From Trichoplax adhaerens (lineage: Eukaryota > Animalia > Placozoa), in NCBI RefSeq assembly GCF_000150275.1, contig NW_002060975.1, positions 128,655 through 192,654 of the forward strand: a stretch of 64,000 nucleotides of DNA. The letters run 5' to 3'. The position numbers and the translations under genes are program-made. A model generated the notes under the pieces. It was not told the origin of the DNA, made no database searches, and saw only the letters and a program-made list of their open reading frames with translations. Positions within the stretch are counted from its first letter, which is position 1, and every line of letters begins with the position of its first letter. Below, piece by piece: positions 34,080 through 47,900 of this stretch.

Positions 34080-34699
34080 TAAGGCTATTCACTGTAAATA
34101 ATTAATTTATAACTTTTCTTGTATTTCACATCTACATGTATACAAGAAGCTTTATTGCTTTGATATCATTGCTGATTGTTTGTATACAGTACTATAGCTG
34201 TGTCAACATTTTCCTCCAATGTAAATGAAATTACCGCTTGTTTTGCTGTATAGTGGCTAAGGTCGAAGTAAAAACTCAGAAACACAATCCGTTAATACTA
34301 TATAGAATGTAGCTGCATAATCATAGTCTTGTAGTACCTGATACTTCTAAGAGAAGAAAGTGATAGTCAATGTCTGCTCAACTGACTTTCTATTACGCAA
34401 GAGCTGCTCTATATAATTAATTAATAGAGTGGTCATGGCAGATTTGGTCATTTCGTACCATCAAGGGTACTGTAACATACTGTAATGAACACTAACAGAC
34501 ATATGCCATAGTGGATATACTATACAAGGTAAAGTATATCCTTATATTCACATTCTTGCTGTTGGACACTCTGGATCTAGCTAATGCTCTATGATTCTTT
34601 TGATTTATTCCCTGTCTTGATCTTGTATTCAAGATCTGAATAAAACCTAGTTGACATTCTCTCAATATCGCGTCCATTCTCAATTCGTCTCTTTGTAGT

Positions 34700-35010
34700 A
34701 AATACAGTCTACTGCATACTGTGCACTGTGCACTGTACCATACTGAACGCTACTGGCGCTACAGTACATACTGTACACTACTGTACTGTAGAGACCCTCT
34801 ACTATACTGTACTATACAGTACAGTAGTAGGGTCAACGCAATCAGTCAACAGCACTGGAAGATCAAACAACCAATCAGATACGGCCGCGTACACCTTCAA
34901 ATCTTGCAACTGTAACTACAGTGTACAGTACATTGCTCTTGCAAAAATCGATATGGTACCCTACTGTACAGTGTACAGTGCTGTACTGTACTGTACACTG
35001 TACAGTGCTG
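34700..35010 (+). promoter_or_regulatory. HYOU1 promoter: GTAC/ACAGT clusters flanking an ERSE-like element CCAAT-N9-CCGCG (34871-34889)
   Basis: CCAAT cagatacgg CCGCG versus the ERSE consensus CCAAT-N9-CCACG. A probable non-coding exon ends at the donor CAG|GTAAAT (35171). Confidence 0.6.
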
Positions 35011-36731
35011 TCTTTACGAGCTTCGCTTGAACCAGTCTCTGTCAGTTTTCAAAGTCGATTTGGTAAGGGAAACGTAGATAGCGTGTGCAGTTGAATTAAA
35101 TTTAAATTTAAAAATTGCTTTATCACAGGGTTATTGCCTTTCGAAGATTAGAAATCACCTTCGTTGAACAGGTAAATATTATTTTGAAAGCAACTAGATT
35201 ACATATTAGTCTCATATTCTAGCTGTTCACATTTTACTATCCTGGTCAAATGAATAAGCGAAGCAATGGTAGCAGCACTATGAAAGTTCATGCAGTTGAC
35301 TGCATGCTAGTGTCAACCATGACAGTATCACTACTCTAGGCAAGACAATGGTTCGTGCCAACTGCCCTAGCGGATGACTCTACCTGCAACTCATGTTTGT
35401 GTCACACTCGATGTACTCACGTCGTCTTGTGGGGTGACATGCATACCCGGTGTGACCGGTTTAATTCATTGTCTAAACTTTCATTGAAATTTTCCACTTA
35501 TGCAGCTGCAAGTCTATCGCCATGTTGTCTTTGTCGCTTCTTTATGGCTGTAGTTATTATTAATAGCTGTTGTTGAGATTTTAATTCGATTCTTGATAAT
35601 AGAAGAAGTGGGATACATCATGTTTCCATTTTGTATAGCATGAAGAGTGCTCTACGAGCATTCATTTTCTGTGATACGAAGGCATAATAAAGAACGATTT
35701 GAAAGGAAATCGTTCTTGCTCGCGTGAACTGCTAATGGACCTTTCTTGCTTTCATAGCGGCAACTAGTATTCTAACGACTGAGCTACTTTTTATGGATTA
35801 TTTGCTTTAAAATGAAATACGTGTATCTATGCGAATCAGGTTAATTAGTTCGAAAGAAATTATAGATCAACGTTCATGCAATTCTGAGCTTTGAAGCGCG
35901 TTGAGTCTAGTCCGTTTCACGAAGAATATTTCTGCATGGATTGCATCGTATCAGTGATGAAGTTAGCCAGCACACACCACATGATCAAGCAAGGCAATTT
36001 GAAAGTAGATTAGTCATCATCAGAATACAGTATTACATATATTAGACTTAAAATTGAGAGTATGGACGGTACTGTATCAGTCTCTTTTATGACTAGTCTT
36101 TTGAGCATGTAGTAATTATCATATTATTGGAAAAAGGGAATCATAAAGTGCCATAAATCGAATTGGTTACCCAAGTAGCGGTACGGTACTTATTCTACTC
36201 CAACTCTACAGTAAACCACGACTGGTATCTTGGTCATTTAGATACTACATATCTTTATAGTGTAATCACTACTGTACTCTCCATTTGTTTGACATTAACC
36301 TCTTACGTGATATAGGTAGGGTATGAATAAAAGCAATGTGTTTAACTTTTGAAGCTGTTCATTTATATAACATTGCAACCGTTTCAATATTGGCTATTGT
36401 TGATACTAGTACTTAAAAAATATTGAAGAAAAGGAATCAAATTGATACATTCCAGCTTTGATTGAAAGATAGGCGGCAATAATGATAAATTGTTAATAGG
36501 ATGTTATATGGAATATAAAACGCATAAATCGAACTCCTTTAGTAGAGACTCCATATACGGGATAGATGATAGATTGAATGGACTAGGCTTGGTTTTCACT
36601 GTCGTTAAATTCATTCGATAACAGTGTTACATTAATCGATAAAAGAATGAAATGATAATACGATTACTGTTATCTGTTGTATGATATAAGAACGGATTCT
36701 ATATCTTTCTTGTAGGTAATAGAATTCAGAT

Positions 36732-39700
36732 ATGCGTTGTCGCCTACTGGTTTGCTTTACGCTCTGGCTAGTTCTTTATGTTCATCACTGCCAAGGTACA
36801 AATATTGAACGTGTTATACCGTAGAATAAAAATTGCTGATAAACGAATGACTTGTTCGCGTCTTGGTTGCGATTGATACAGTCCATAATTCATCAAATAC
36901 ATTATTTCTTCATACCTAAGTTCTGTAGCAAAAAATTTACTGCTAATTCTACTATAACGTTGAAAATTCATAACTAATAGCACAACGTACTCTTCTATCT
37001 TGAATAGGACTCTCTATTATGTCCGTAGACTTGGGTAGTGAATGGATCAAGGTTGCCATAGTCAAGGTAATAATTCTTACTATGTGATAACATTCTTTCC
37101 CCCTTCAATTTGTCATTTAATTGATCTCGATGCAAATATATAAAAGTAAACTTACTAAAATTACTTTTTTGGGTAGCCTGGTGTTCCTATGGAAATCGCT
37201 CTGAATGCGTAAGTCGAGATAGTGGCTCAATGTTTATGACCTTGCCAATCCTAGCTAGAATCTGAATAGAATTATAAAAATATCACGACCCTATCTTAAT
37301 GATGGATTTGCATACGATTGTTAACATTCAGAGAGTCCAAACGAAAGTCACCAGCGGCAGTTTCCATCAAAGATGGCGAACGTTTATTTGGAGACTCAGC
37401 ACTTGCTGTAGTAAGCATCTTTCCACATAGTATACAACATTTATGAAGATACACTACATACTATACATTGCAATATAGTCTCGTATGTACGTGTGCATCG
37501 TATTCATTATAACTGCAGGCGTATAAAAACGATAACTATTATGATGTCGATATAGAGTATACTGTAAATATGAGTACATAGCTATGACTTATAATCATAA
37601 GTTGATAGCACTTGCTCAAACTTTGTATCGGTTCATTAATTAATTGTGGTCTTTGAGCTCTAAAAAAATATTGGTATTTCATATTACAGAGCGTTAAATC
37701 TCCTAAAAATGCTTACATATATGTTCTTGACATACTTGGTAAAAAGTTTGATAACCCATTGGTGGAATTATACAAGAAGAGGTTTTAATAATATTACAGT
37801 ACCCTTATTTAATAGTACAGTTGAATTACGATAGTAGAATGTAATACAACTCCATGCACTTGCTATTTAAAGAACGAGCTGCAAATATCATTTTGATTAT
37901 TACTCATACTTTCATTAATTAATTATGGTAGATTTCCTTTTTATGAACTAGAAAAAGACGAAAAGACGGGTGCAGTTCGATTTCGACATGACAGGTGCTT
38001 AACTGTGTACTCGCTACAATGATAGACAATTACAGCTCATACTATCCTACAATATAATTTACATAGCAGCCTTGGTGACCTAATTAATTGCTTATATATT
38101 GTAAAAATTTAGTGAAACTACCTACACACCTGAAGAAATTATCGGAATGATACTACAACATGCTCGTCAAATTGCAGCAGATTTCACTGGTCAGTAGATG
38201 CTAAGATGCTAAAAGTTACATAGGAATACTTATCGTCATTGTGATATTGCTTAGGTCAACCAATTGATAATGCTGTAATCACTGTCCCTCCTTATTTCAA
38301 TCAAGCAGAAAGAAATGCGTTATACGTGTAAGCATAGATGTGTATGCTATGTACTTGTAGAGTTGATATGTTACCCAAATTTATCTTATTATTATTTTTG
38401 TTTACTTTAGAGCTGCAAATATTTCCGGCTTAAATATTCTCCAACTTATGAACGACAACGCTGCAGGTTTTATAATACATTATCTTTTATTCATCGTTTA
38501 TCACAATCGATTATGTTTCGTAATCATTACCGTAATACTATATAACTCCATCAAAAAAAAAATTATAACTAGTTGGCCTCAATTTTGGCATGTTCAGAAG
38601 ATCATCATTTGGTAGCAAGGAGAAAGTATGCGTCTTATTATGTACAGTATTGTATAAATATATTATCAACTACCCGCTGCAATAGCAACAGTATCATACT
38701 ATATTATATGTTGAGTCAAATGTCTGATGTAACAATGTAACTGTTTTGCAGATTTTTCTCTTCTACGACATGGGCTCTAGTAGTACTTCTGCTACCGTTG
38801 CAAGTATGTAGTGAATGTATTTCGGTTTTATCACCGCAGTTACTGTAAAAATATACTAAACTACGAACTACTTTACGGTATCGACAACACTAGGCTACAA
38901 AACTGTCGGAAGGAAAGAAACTGGACTTTCTGAAACATTACCTCAATTACACATTATGGGTGTTGGGTAAGTAAATAAAATATTAAGTGATATTGCAGAT
39001 TCTGTAATCATGTTAACATGGGTTTTACATTGGTAATCTCTGATTAAAATGGAATAGATTTGACCGTACACTCGGAGGGAAAGAAATGGATTTACGTTTA
39101 AGAGATTATTTACTGAAAGAATTTAAGGTAAAACATCGGATTGATTAATTATGCTCTCCTAACGATGTATACCGCTGACTTAATTTTTTTGTCGGTAACT
39201 AAATTCATTCTGCAGAAACAAGGTAAAACAAAGGACGATATTACTAAATCGCCTCGAGCTATGGCAAAACTATTGAAAGAAGCTCATAGAGTGAAAAAAG
39301 TTTTAAGTGCTAATGCTGATCACTTTGCACGGGTCTGTACTATAACAAAGAAGTTTAAAATTTTAAGTTAAGAATAGTGCTTCATTTGATGCAGTATTTA
39401 TTAAAAAATGTAATACATTGTATTGCTAAAATTCGTAACCATTCTATTTGTAGAAACAGAAGTTAGTGCTGCTGTACCAATACGTACATTGATTGCATTA
39501 AAAATTTGTGTAAAACATTTTGTATAGATCGAAAATTTGTACAATGGCATTGATTTTCGAACGAAAGTTACACGAGAAGAATTTGAGAAACTATGTAGCG
39601 ACTTATTTAAAAAAGTTTCTACACCTATAAGAAATGCATTAAGGGCTGCCAATGTTGTTCTGGTAAGTATCTCTGGTTCTCTAAATGATTCCTGTTATTA

Positions 39701-42635
39701 GATTTTCCGAGGGGAAAGTAGATGTTGAATCATCATCGGCCGTAAAGGCTGCATACTGCAGCTAATACTATGTCTTAAAATGCACAGATAGAATTTATTA
39801 AGTAATTTTTATGAATTCTGTAGGATGAAATTGAACAAGTCATTCTAATTGGTGGTTCAACAAGAGTCCCTAAAGTTCAATCAGAGTTACTTAAAGCTAT
39901 TAAAAGGTCTATAGATTTATTTCGATGCTATCTTTGCGTTGATTATGAGAATGACATCGAGCACCCTCTTTATCTACTCTAGGGATGAACTGGGAAAAAG
40001 TCTAAATACAGATGAAGCAGCAGCTATGGGTAACGTAATTTACATGAGGCTATAAAAGGTTAAGATTTCATTTAATATTAGCATTAAATCTTAGGTTCCG
40101 TTTACCAAGCTGCCTCCTTAGGAAAAGGATTTCGAGTTAAAAAATTCTTAATTAAAGATAGCAACCCATACGCTATACAGGTACGACTCCTAAATATTAT
40201 TTTTCAATGGTCGCAACAAAGATATCGATACCTATCATTTATTTATTTATCATTTTTTCGTAATATGTTCAATGACATAACTCTTAAATTGCAGATTAGC
40301 TATGATCGCAAAAGTGAAACATCGTCAGAGGCGAAAAAGCGTATTCAGTTATTTCCACGCGGCAATCCAATACCTCAGAGAAAAGTTGTGACAATTAATA
40401 AATTGACTAGAGACTTCCATATTGATGTTGATTACGTTATTCCTGAGAATACTAAGGACAATGTTGTTCGGTAATTGTAGTATCTATGTAAACGACCACT
40501 TGTTGAAATTAAATGTCTTAAAATATAGTAATCGAAATTTCGATGTAAATTGTAGAATGCACGGTAATCGAGAACTCTTGCGTTACCAATTGTCTGGAGT
40601 AACTGATATATTTTCCAAGTATGTCGATAAAGCTGAAAGCAAGGGCATAAAAGTACATTTTCGACTTGATGACCATGGCCTTTTCCATCTAGACTCTGTC
40701 AGTTTGATTCTTTTACCTGAGATATTACCTTAATTAGCTGTGCTATTATTTTAAATATTATCTACCATTCACGGCAATTAGGCCGAAGCAATTTTTGAAA
40801 CTAAGTCCTCCCTGGATGGTGCAGAAGAATCTACGTTTTCTAGTAAGTGTATCCGTATACATCAAAGATTGGACTAGTTTAATAAGCTGGCTGATCTTAT
40901 AATTCCCATTTTATTTAGAAATTGGAAGTAATATTTTGAACTTCTTTTCTGGTTCTAAAGATGATAATGGCGATCCTGAAGTAGTCAAAGTAAATGAATT
41001 TTTTAAGTAACAAAGAGGAATGTAAAGGTTATCGAGAGTTAAGCGTACCATTTTCAAATACTAGGACTCAGCAGATAACAATAAGGATAGCGAAAAGGAT
41101 GAAAATGAAAATTCTAATAAAAAGACTGATGATAAAGAAGAAAGCAAAGGTTAGTTTAGCGGGTAAATTCATTTGTCATGAACTTTTGGATGGACTTTTT
41201 TCTTTGCATAAGATAGATATTCTTAACTGATACACTCAATAATTATAGAAAATAAATCAAAGGAAAAGACTGAAACCCAAAATACCACAGCAAATGCTAC
41301 GACTACTGATACCAATAATACTACCAACGGCACAGCTACTAAAGATGCATCTCCCAAATTGGTAGTAATTAAAGAGCCGATAACAATCACCGTTGAACAC
41401 TTAGATATGGAATTACCACCCAAAGAAGCCATCAAAGCATCAATCGACAAGTATGAAATAATTCTATCATGTAACATTATCTTGCATGAAATGTAAGTAA
41501 AGCTATCTTTTTTCGATCATCGAAATAGATTGGAGGAACTAACAAGACGTGATGTTGAAAAGAAAGCTAGAGAAATAGCCATGAACTCGTTAGAGTCATA
41601 TATTGTAGATACACAAGATAAACTATATTCTGAAGCCTTTGAAGCAGTTTCTACTGAAGATGAAAGGAGCAAGCTAAGGGAGACCTTATCAGAATCATCA
41701 GAATGGTTATACGAAGACGGCTTTAATGCAGATACCAAGGTAAATTTTTAATATTGCGGAGCCGGTCATAAATCTTTACAAAATTTAATTACCAATATGA
41801 TTGTATGATTTTCTTTCTATTTATGTCAGTACCAATAAGCCAAGTTAGAAATTAATAATATATATAAGCGATGCTACACTAACTTTGTTAGAATTAGACT
41901 AATTTCGAATTGTATGCAATGAAATGTTTGTAGACTTATAAACAACGTTTGGAAAGTCTTAAGGAACAAGCTAAGGATATATTCTTTCGAGTTAAAGAGC
42001 GTAAACTAAGACCAAAAGCATTGAAAGCATTAAAATCGGAATTAAATCATACTGTACACTTTATAAATCTTATGAAAAATTTAACTAGTTATAATAGTAC
42101 CGCTGATGCACCATTTACTGAAAGTGAATTCAAAGAGTACTCTGAATTATACAATGAAACAAAGGTGACTTGTATACTTTATTCAAAATTTTTATTGGTT
42201 TTTAATTGACTACAAAAATGTAATGGTGTTATTCCATATATGTAGAATTGGATGAAAACTGTAGCTGAAAAAGAAGATAAACTAGTGCCAACGGAGAATC
42301 CGACCATTCTTTCCAATGATATTAATAACAAAGCATCAAAACTTCGTCGTGAGACTTCTTACTTGGTAGAGAAGCTTCAAAGATATACTGAAAGGATAGA
42401 AGCTAAGAAAAAAGCGGAAAAAGAAGCGAAAGAGGCCGCAAAGAAAGCCGCCAAGGAAGCAGCCAAGAAAGCTGAAAACGATAAAAAAACCACTACAGAA
42501 GGAAAAGACCAAGACAAACCGGATGATACTGCTGAATCGCAATCTGATAATGAAAATAGTAAGGTAAACTCTAAGGAAGAGAAAAAAGGTGACGATAAGC
42601 AAGAAAATGCTGATGAAAAACATTCTGAATTATAA
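36732..42635 (+). CDS. HYOU1: Hypoxia up-regulated protein 1 / Grp170 / ORP150 (ER Hsp70-family nucleotide-exchange factor), more than 20 short exons
   Basis: Signal-peptide exon [22 protein letters not shown], then [17 protein letters not shown]|[10 protein letters not shown]|[85 protein letters not shown] and SEWLYEDG. Ends in the ER-retention-like HSEL*. Confidence 0.96.
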
Positions 42636-43261
42636 ATAACTGAAATTGAACTTTAGTACGGTCACTAAGATATACTTACTGTTTACGGCAGAAAGTTATT
42701 TCAATTGTCTGTCGTACGTATTACGTGATTGTATAGTCTTCTTGACTAATGTGCTTGTTGCTGTAGTTCAAGTAAATAGTTACGTAAGTACATAGAGTTT
42801 TTATATTTCATTGCCCCTAAAAGCATAGGCACCGAATATTACGCGGTGTCTGTGAAACTGTTAGACTCTAGATTGTCATTGTAATGCATTTTACTATTGA
42901 TTTAGCTTAAGTAGATTTAGAAATTCAACTACGATGTGTTTAAAACCAATTTTTATGTCAGTACTTAAATTTTATAGCAGCTAGATAATTATATCTTGAT
43001 TAGCATCGTATATATCATAATCCATATTTAAATTAAATATTCCGGACATATTTGATCTAATATTAGGGAAAATCTTTTTATAGCCTTACGATGGCGGTAC
43101 AGTATTACGACTCTGGATAGATATTTATATGTCGTCGCATTACCGATTGCCAACAATTTGATACAGTATTAGTCATCAAATTGTCATGAAATTGTATCAT
43201 TATTGGATATTGTATATCAATAAACTATGAGACGAAGATAGCTCATGAATAAACAACTTCA

Positions 43262-44670
43262 CGTTGATTGATAAATCTTTAAGGGTACATTGATGATACC
43301 TACTATCGTAGGGTTAGCTTTGTGTTTGCGAGAACTATCTCAGGAAATTATTAAAATGCGCTACTACGTATTCGTATTGGCAAAGCCTAACTTAATATAT
43401 GTTACTCCATCTAAAAAAATATTAGGGTACATTTTGTCACGATGGGTGCTAAAATGATTTATATGCTCGCGTATGCCACATAAAAAATGTTATTTGAATG
43501 GCTGAAATTCCTACAGCTATTCTAAAACACAGAATTAATAACTATATATAATTATATAATGGTAATTATAACAAAACTTGCAATGCTACACAGTAGTTAC
43601 AACAGTTGTTACGATCTAGCTAAAATCTACCATCGCTATCTTGCATACTATTTACGCCGATATCTTCAATTACCCTTTCAAGTAGTGAACTGTATGCTAC
43701 TGTTTTCTAATTAGCAGCAAAAGAATAAAAGTATTATGTTACCTCCAGCAATAACAGGAGTTAGGGCGTTGATTAGACTGTACTTTTACCTCTAATCATT
43801 TTTTCGTTTTTAGAGCTCAAGTACAATTGATCTTATCAGTCAATTTGTACAACCAACGAGATAACCGACTGTAACGAGTCACCTTAATATTTAGGAAGTA
43901 AATAGGTAAGGATAGTCTTGTTCTATTCTGTGGTTTGGTAAAGAGAGTGCAGCAATTTCGTGCTTTATTGTTAGCGATTTCTGTACTATATTCTTGGCGT
44001 AGCACTTTCATTAGATATCACCAGCTTACTTCATAATTATTGTTACTGTATAGCCATGGTCTTATTCTAAATACTGCAATACTCTTCAGTTAAAGGATAA
44101 AGAAAATCATTCTGATCTACTTTGCAGTACTACAGAAATAACGACTTATACTAATTACATGCTACTAATACACCCTGGCGCGTTGCTGACGATGATAACA
44201 GATTTGGGATTTTCTATCCTGACCATAATATTATTTCAGATTGATAAATATTTGAGAGTGCTATTGGTGACACCAACTATCATAAGGTTAATTTTTTATT
44301 TGCAGGAATTATCCCAGGAAGCTACTAAGATCCTCTATTACTTATTCATATTGGCAAAGCCAAACTCAATATACCCGCAGTTTACTCCATTCACGAAAAT
44401 ACTTAGATAAATTTTGCCGCGATAGGTGCTGAACTGCTTTATATATGATAAAAATTTTTTATTTGAATGGCTGAAATTCCTGCAGCTATTCAAAAACACA
44501 GAATCAATAACTGTATATAGTAATAATAACAAAATTTACAATGTTATAGTTATAACAGAAGTAGTAATCAATCTAAAGTCTACCATGCTAACCTGCAAAT
44601 CATTATATTTTCAATCACACTTTCAAGTCATATACTGTACACCACTATTTTCTTATTAGCAGTAAAAGGA
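43262..44670. repeat. Old diverged duplication of ~450 bp (43262-~43725 and ~44237-44670) between the convergent HYOU1 and IgSF 3' ends
   Basis: Shared blocks GATTGATAAAT, TATTGGCAAAGCC.AACT.AATAT, TTATTTGAATGGCTGAAATTCCT.CAGCTATTC and TCTACCAT. Confidence 0.85.
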
Positions 44671-44986
44671 TGGAAATTAGGTAATCTAGAGCACAGTTAA
44701 TTTACAGATACATGCAATACTTGAAGAACAGACAATTGGTACCATTATTTCAATTTCTATAGCTATTTACGGTATCGAATAAGAACAAAGTTAGCAGATA
44801 TTTTTCCATTCCATCAGTTTGTTACCCTGTATTTTAGAAGATATAGGCTACACTGTTATATAAAATGGACAAAAAAATTGCGGGCAAGTTCATGCTTTCG
44901 CTCTAACCTTAATTTACATTTTATAGAATTCAGTTACGCATAAGCACGGCTCTGCTACTACAGTATAGTATCGCTTGATTCCAATA

Positions 44987-47900
44987 TTACAACATCATCT
45001 CCAACTCGGCACAATTAGCTCCAACTTCAGCTTGAAAGCTGGCAGTGATAGCCGATTTAACTTCACTTTCCTTGTTATTAACTGTCACTTGAACTTGCGA
45101 ATCTTGAGCTACAGTTTCCACTTGATCATTACCGATTTGATTAACTTTAGCAACTTGTGAATCATTTACAGTGATTTCTGTTTCGTTTTCAACTTGTGGT
45201 GCATCCACTGTAGTCGCTGCACCGTTACTATTACTATTACTACTTCCTGCTTCTACCTCATTGATACGAGATGATTGTTGCTGTGTAGAATTATCATAAT
45301 TAGGATTGGAATGAGCATTGATCGAATTTGATTCTCGTCGCTTGACTAATTCTTGTCGACATTTTAAATTCTTTGCCTCCGATTGCTGCACAGAATATTT
45401 TGCTAGTTTTTTAGCATTACCATTTCGCTTAATTAAAAGAATAATGATCAAAACAAACAGGAGCACAAGAACACCACCAATAACTCCACCAATAATTGCT
45501 AATAATAATGTGTCATCTATTGATTGCAATAACAGAGAATATTATTTAAAATAGAAATTATCCTTCTGAAGAAGTTTAAATATTTAACCATATATCTAAT
45601 TTTACAGGTAATATATCGTACATGATTGACGTTAGATTATGGATTAGCATTTAGTTACACTTAAGAGGATGTGAAAACTCGAACTTACTAGTTAACGTTG
45701 TAACGATGAGAGTACTACTCGGTTGGCTGTAGCCTAATGAATTTCTGGCTATCACATAAATTTGATAGGTGGTGCGATGCTGTAAATTGCTGAGGATATA
45801 GTTTGTGCTTGTAGTATTCCCAGCTAATAGATAATCTCCTTGGTTTTCAACTCGATAATAAATCATAAATAGTTGGGATAAAAAGCCGTTAGCACCAGCT
45901 TGCCAAGATAAGGCAATCGCTGATGTGGTAATATTGGTAGTGAATAATAAGTGTGGAGGCTGAGGAATGGCTAAATGTATACGAAGAGAGAGAGAATAAG
46001 AATATTGATTAAGCAATCGAATATATAGCTTTCAATTCTATTTCATACCGCTAGTATTATCAAAGTTTATATAAGATGATGCAGTATCCAAGGTATAAGA
46101 TTATATTTTTTGAGAAGACTATAACTAGTTAAGACAGGAAAATTGTCACACTCATAGGTACGTACTTTTAGTATTTACAACAAGCGCAATTTGATAAGAA
46201 AATCTGCCAAAGCCATTGGATATTTGACAAGTATAAGTGCCAGCATTCGCTGCAACAACATTTGTTATATTTAAAGTGCTTGTTAAGACAGAGTTAGCGA
46301 CTTCGTTTAGGATCTGTATATTATTTACGAGACTTTGTGGAACACTACTATTAATGGAAGATTGTCCTTGCAGATATAGTCCATTTAATTTCCATGCAAT
46401 GACAGGCAAAGGATAACCACTTGCTGAACATGTTAGAACCGTATTCTCTTTCGTAAATGATTGTGCCGAAGTAGATGTGCTACTGTTAACGAGGACATGT
46501 GGCGATTCTAGACGAAAACGATTAAATATAGGGCAATTAAATAATTGATTCTAGTATTACACAAATGTTTATATTAATATCGCAGCAATACCAGAAGTAG
46601 TTAGCTATTATCGTTCATTTAGTTGCCATTGGCTGATCAGTTTGATAGGAATAGCATGATAAATAATTATAATATTCCGTGCGCTGAGTTATAACTAAAA
46701 GATAATGAAGAATTCTCTTACCTGTGATTCGAACTGTAACATTTCTGCTTGCAATTCCGATATCATTATTAGCTCTACAAGAATATACTCCATCATAACT
46801 AACCGAGGCATTGGAAATGAATAGCGTTGCGTTAGGAAACTGGATTGCATTAGGAGGCATTTCAGCACCTTGTGGAGTAATTCTTATCCAATTATAAGTC
46901 AAATTAGAAGGATTGCCCATAGCAATACAAGGTAAAGTAATGTCTTGACTTCGATTGGCAACAACCAGAGTTGGCCCATTTCCTAATACTCCAGTAAAAA
47001 TTGGTGGATCTAATGGTTGAAATATAGTAAATACACTTTAATATAGTCTAATATAAGAATGAAAGATCCAGTAATTATAGGCGGATTGAACTGAATTAAT
47101 CTTATGAATACCGAAAATTAGAAATACTCACATAAAACTATTAGTTGTGTTGTACTTGATATACTTCCAACAATATTGCTAGCTTGACAAGTCAATATTT
47201 TCCCGTTCTCTGAAGGTAGCGGCTGCAACATCAAGGAAGAGCTTGAGATACCATGACTATTTAAGATAGGACCATTGTTGCCTTGCGATGATATAATTAC
47301 ATTGGGTAATGGAAAAGCAATTGCAGTGCATGATAAATTAAAATTTTGATTTGCTATTGCCTTTATAGTCTTCGGAAATGCTGCAATCCTTGGATATGCT
47401 GCAAACAGAATATTATTTAATATTTGAATATTTGATAATAACTGTTAATTATTATTCATGATGCATTTCCACTTAACAAATAGTGCCTACGAGCTTTTTT
47501 TATTAGCAATTTACTCTCCTTCATGGACAAGCAGTTGCCAATTTGTTAAAATTTAAAACCTATCCGTATTTTTAATTATTAAAACTCACTTTGAACTACC
47601 AGTGCAAACGAATCTTTAATAGTATTAAACGGATTCTTGGCTTGACAGATATATTCCCTCGATTTTGAGCTATATTTGATATTCGACAACTGTAATTGGG
47701 CTGTCTTACTACCTGTCGAAACTACTTGATTGTTGATAATCCAAGTCGCATTAGCTGGAGGATTGCCACGATCTCGAATAGTGCAGTTAATATTACTAGT
47801 AGTATTTTCTCGAACTGTTAAGACTGAATTAGGCAGTGATAGGTATATTCCACTGGGAGGATCTACAATGGTTTGCAAAATATTACTTACGCGATATTTT

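Noticed and set aside
35355-35576. Cys-rich 73-aa ORF in the HYOU1 first intron
   Set aside because: GTG start, no domain pattern and no splice support.
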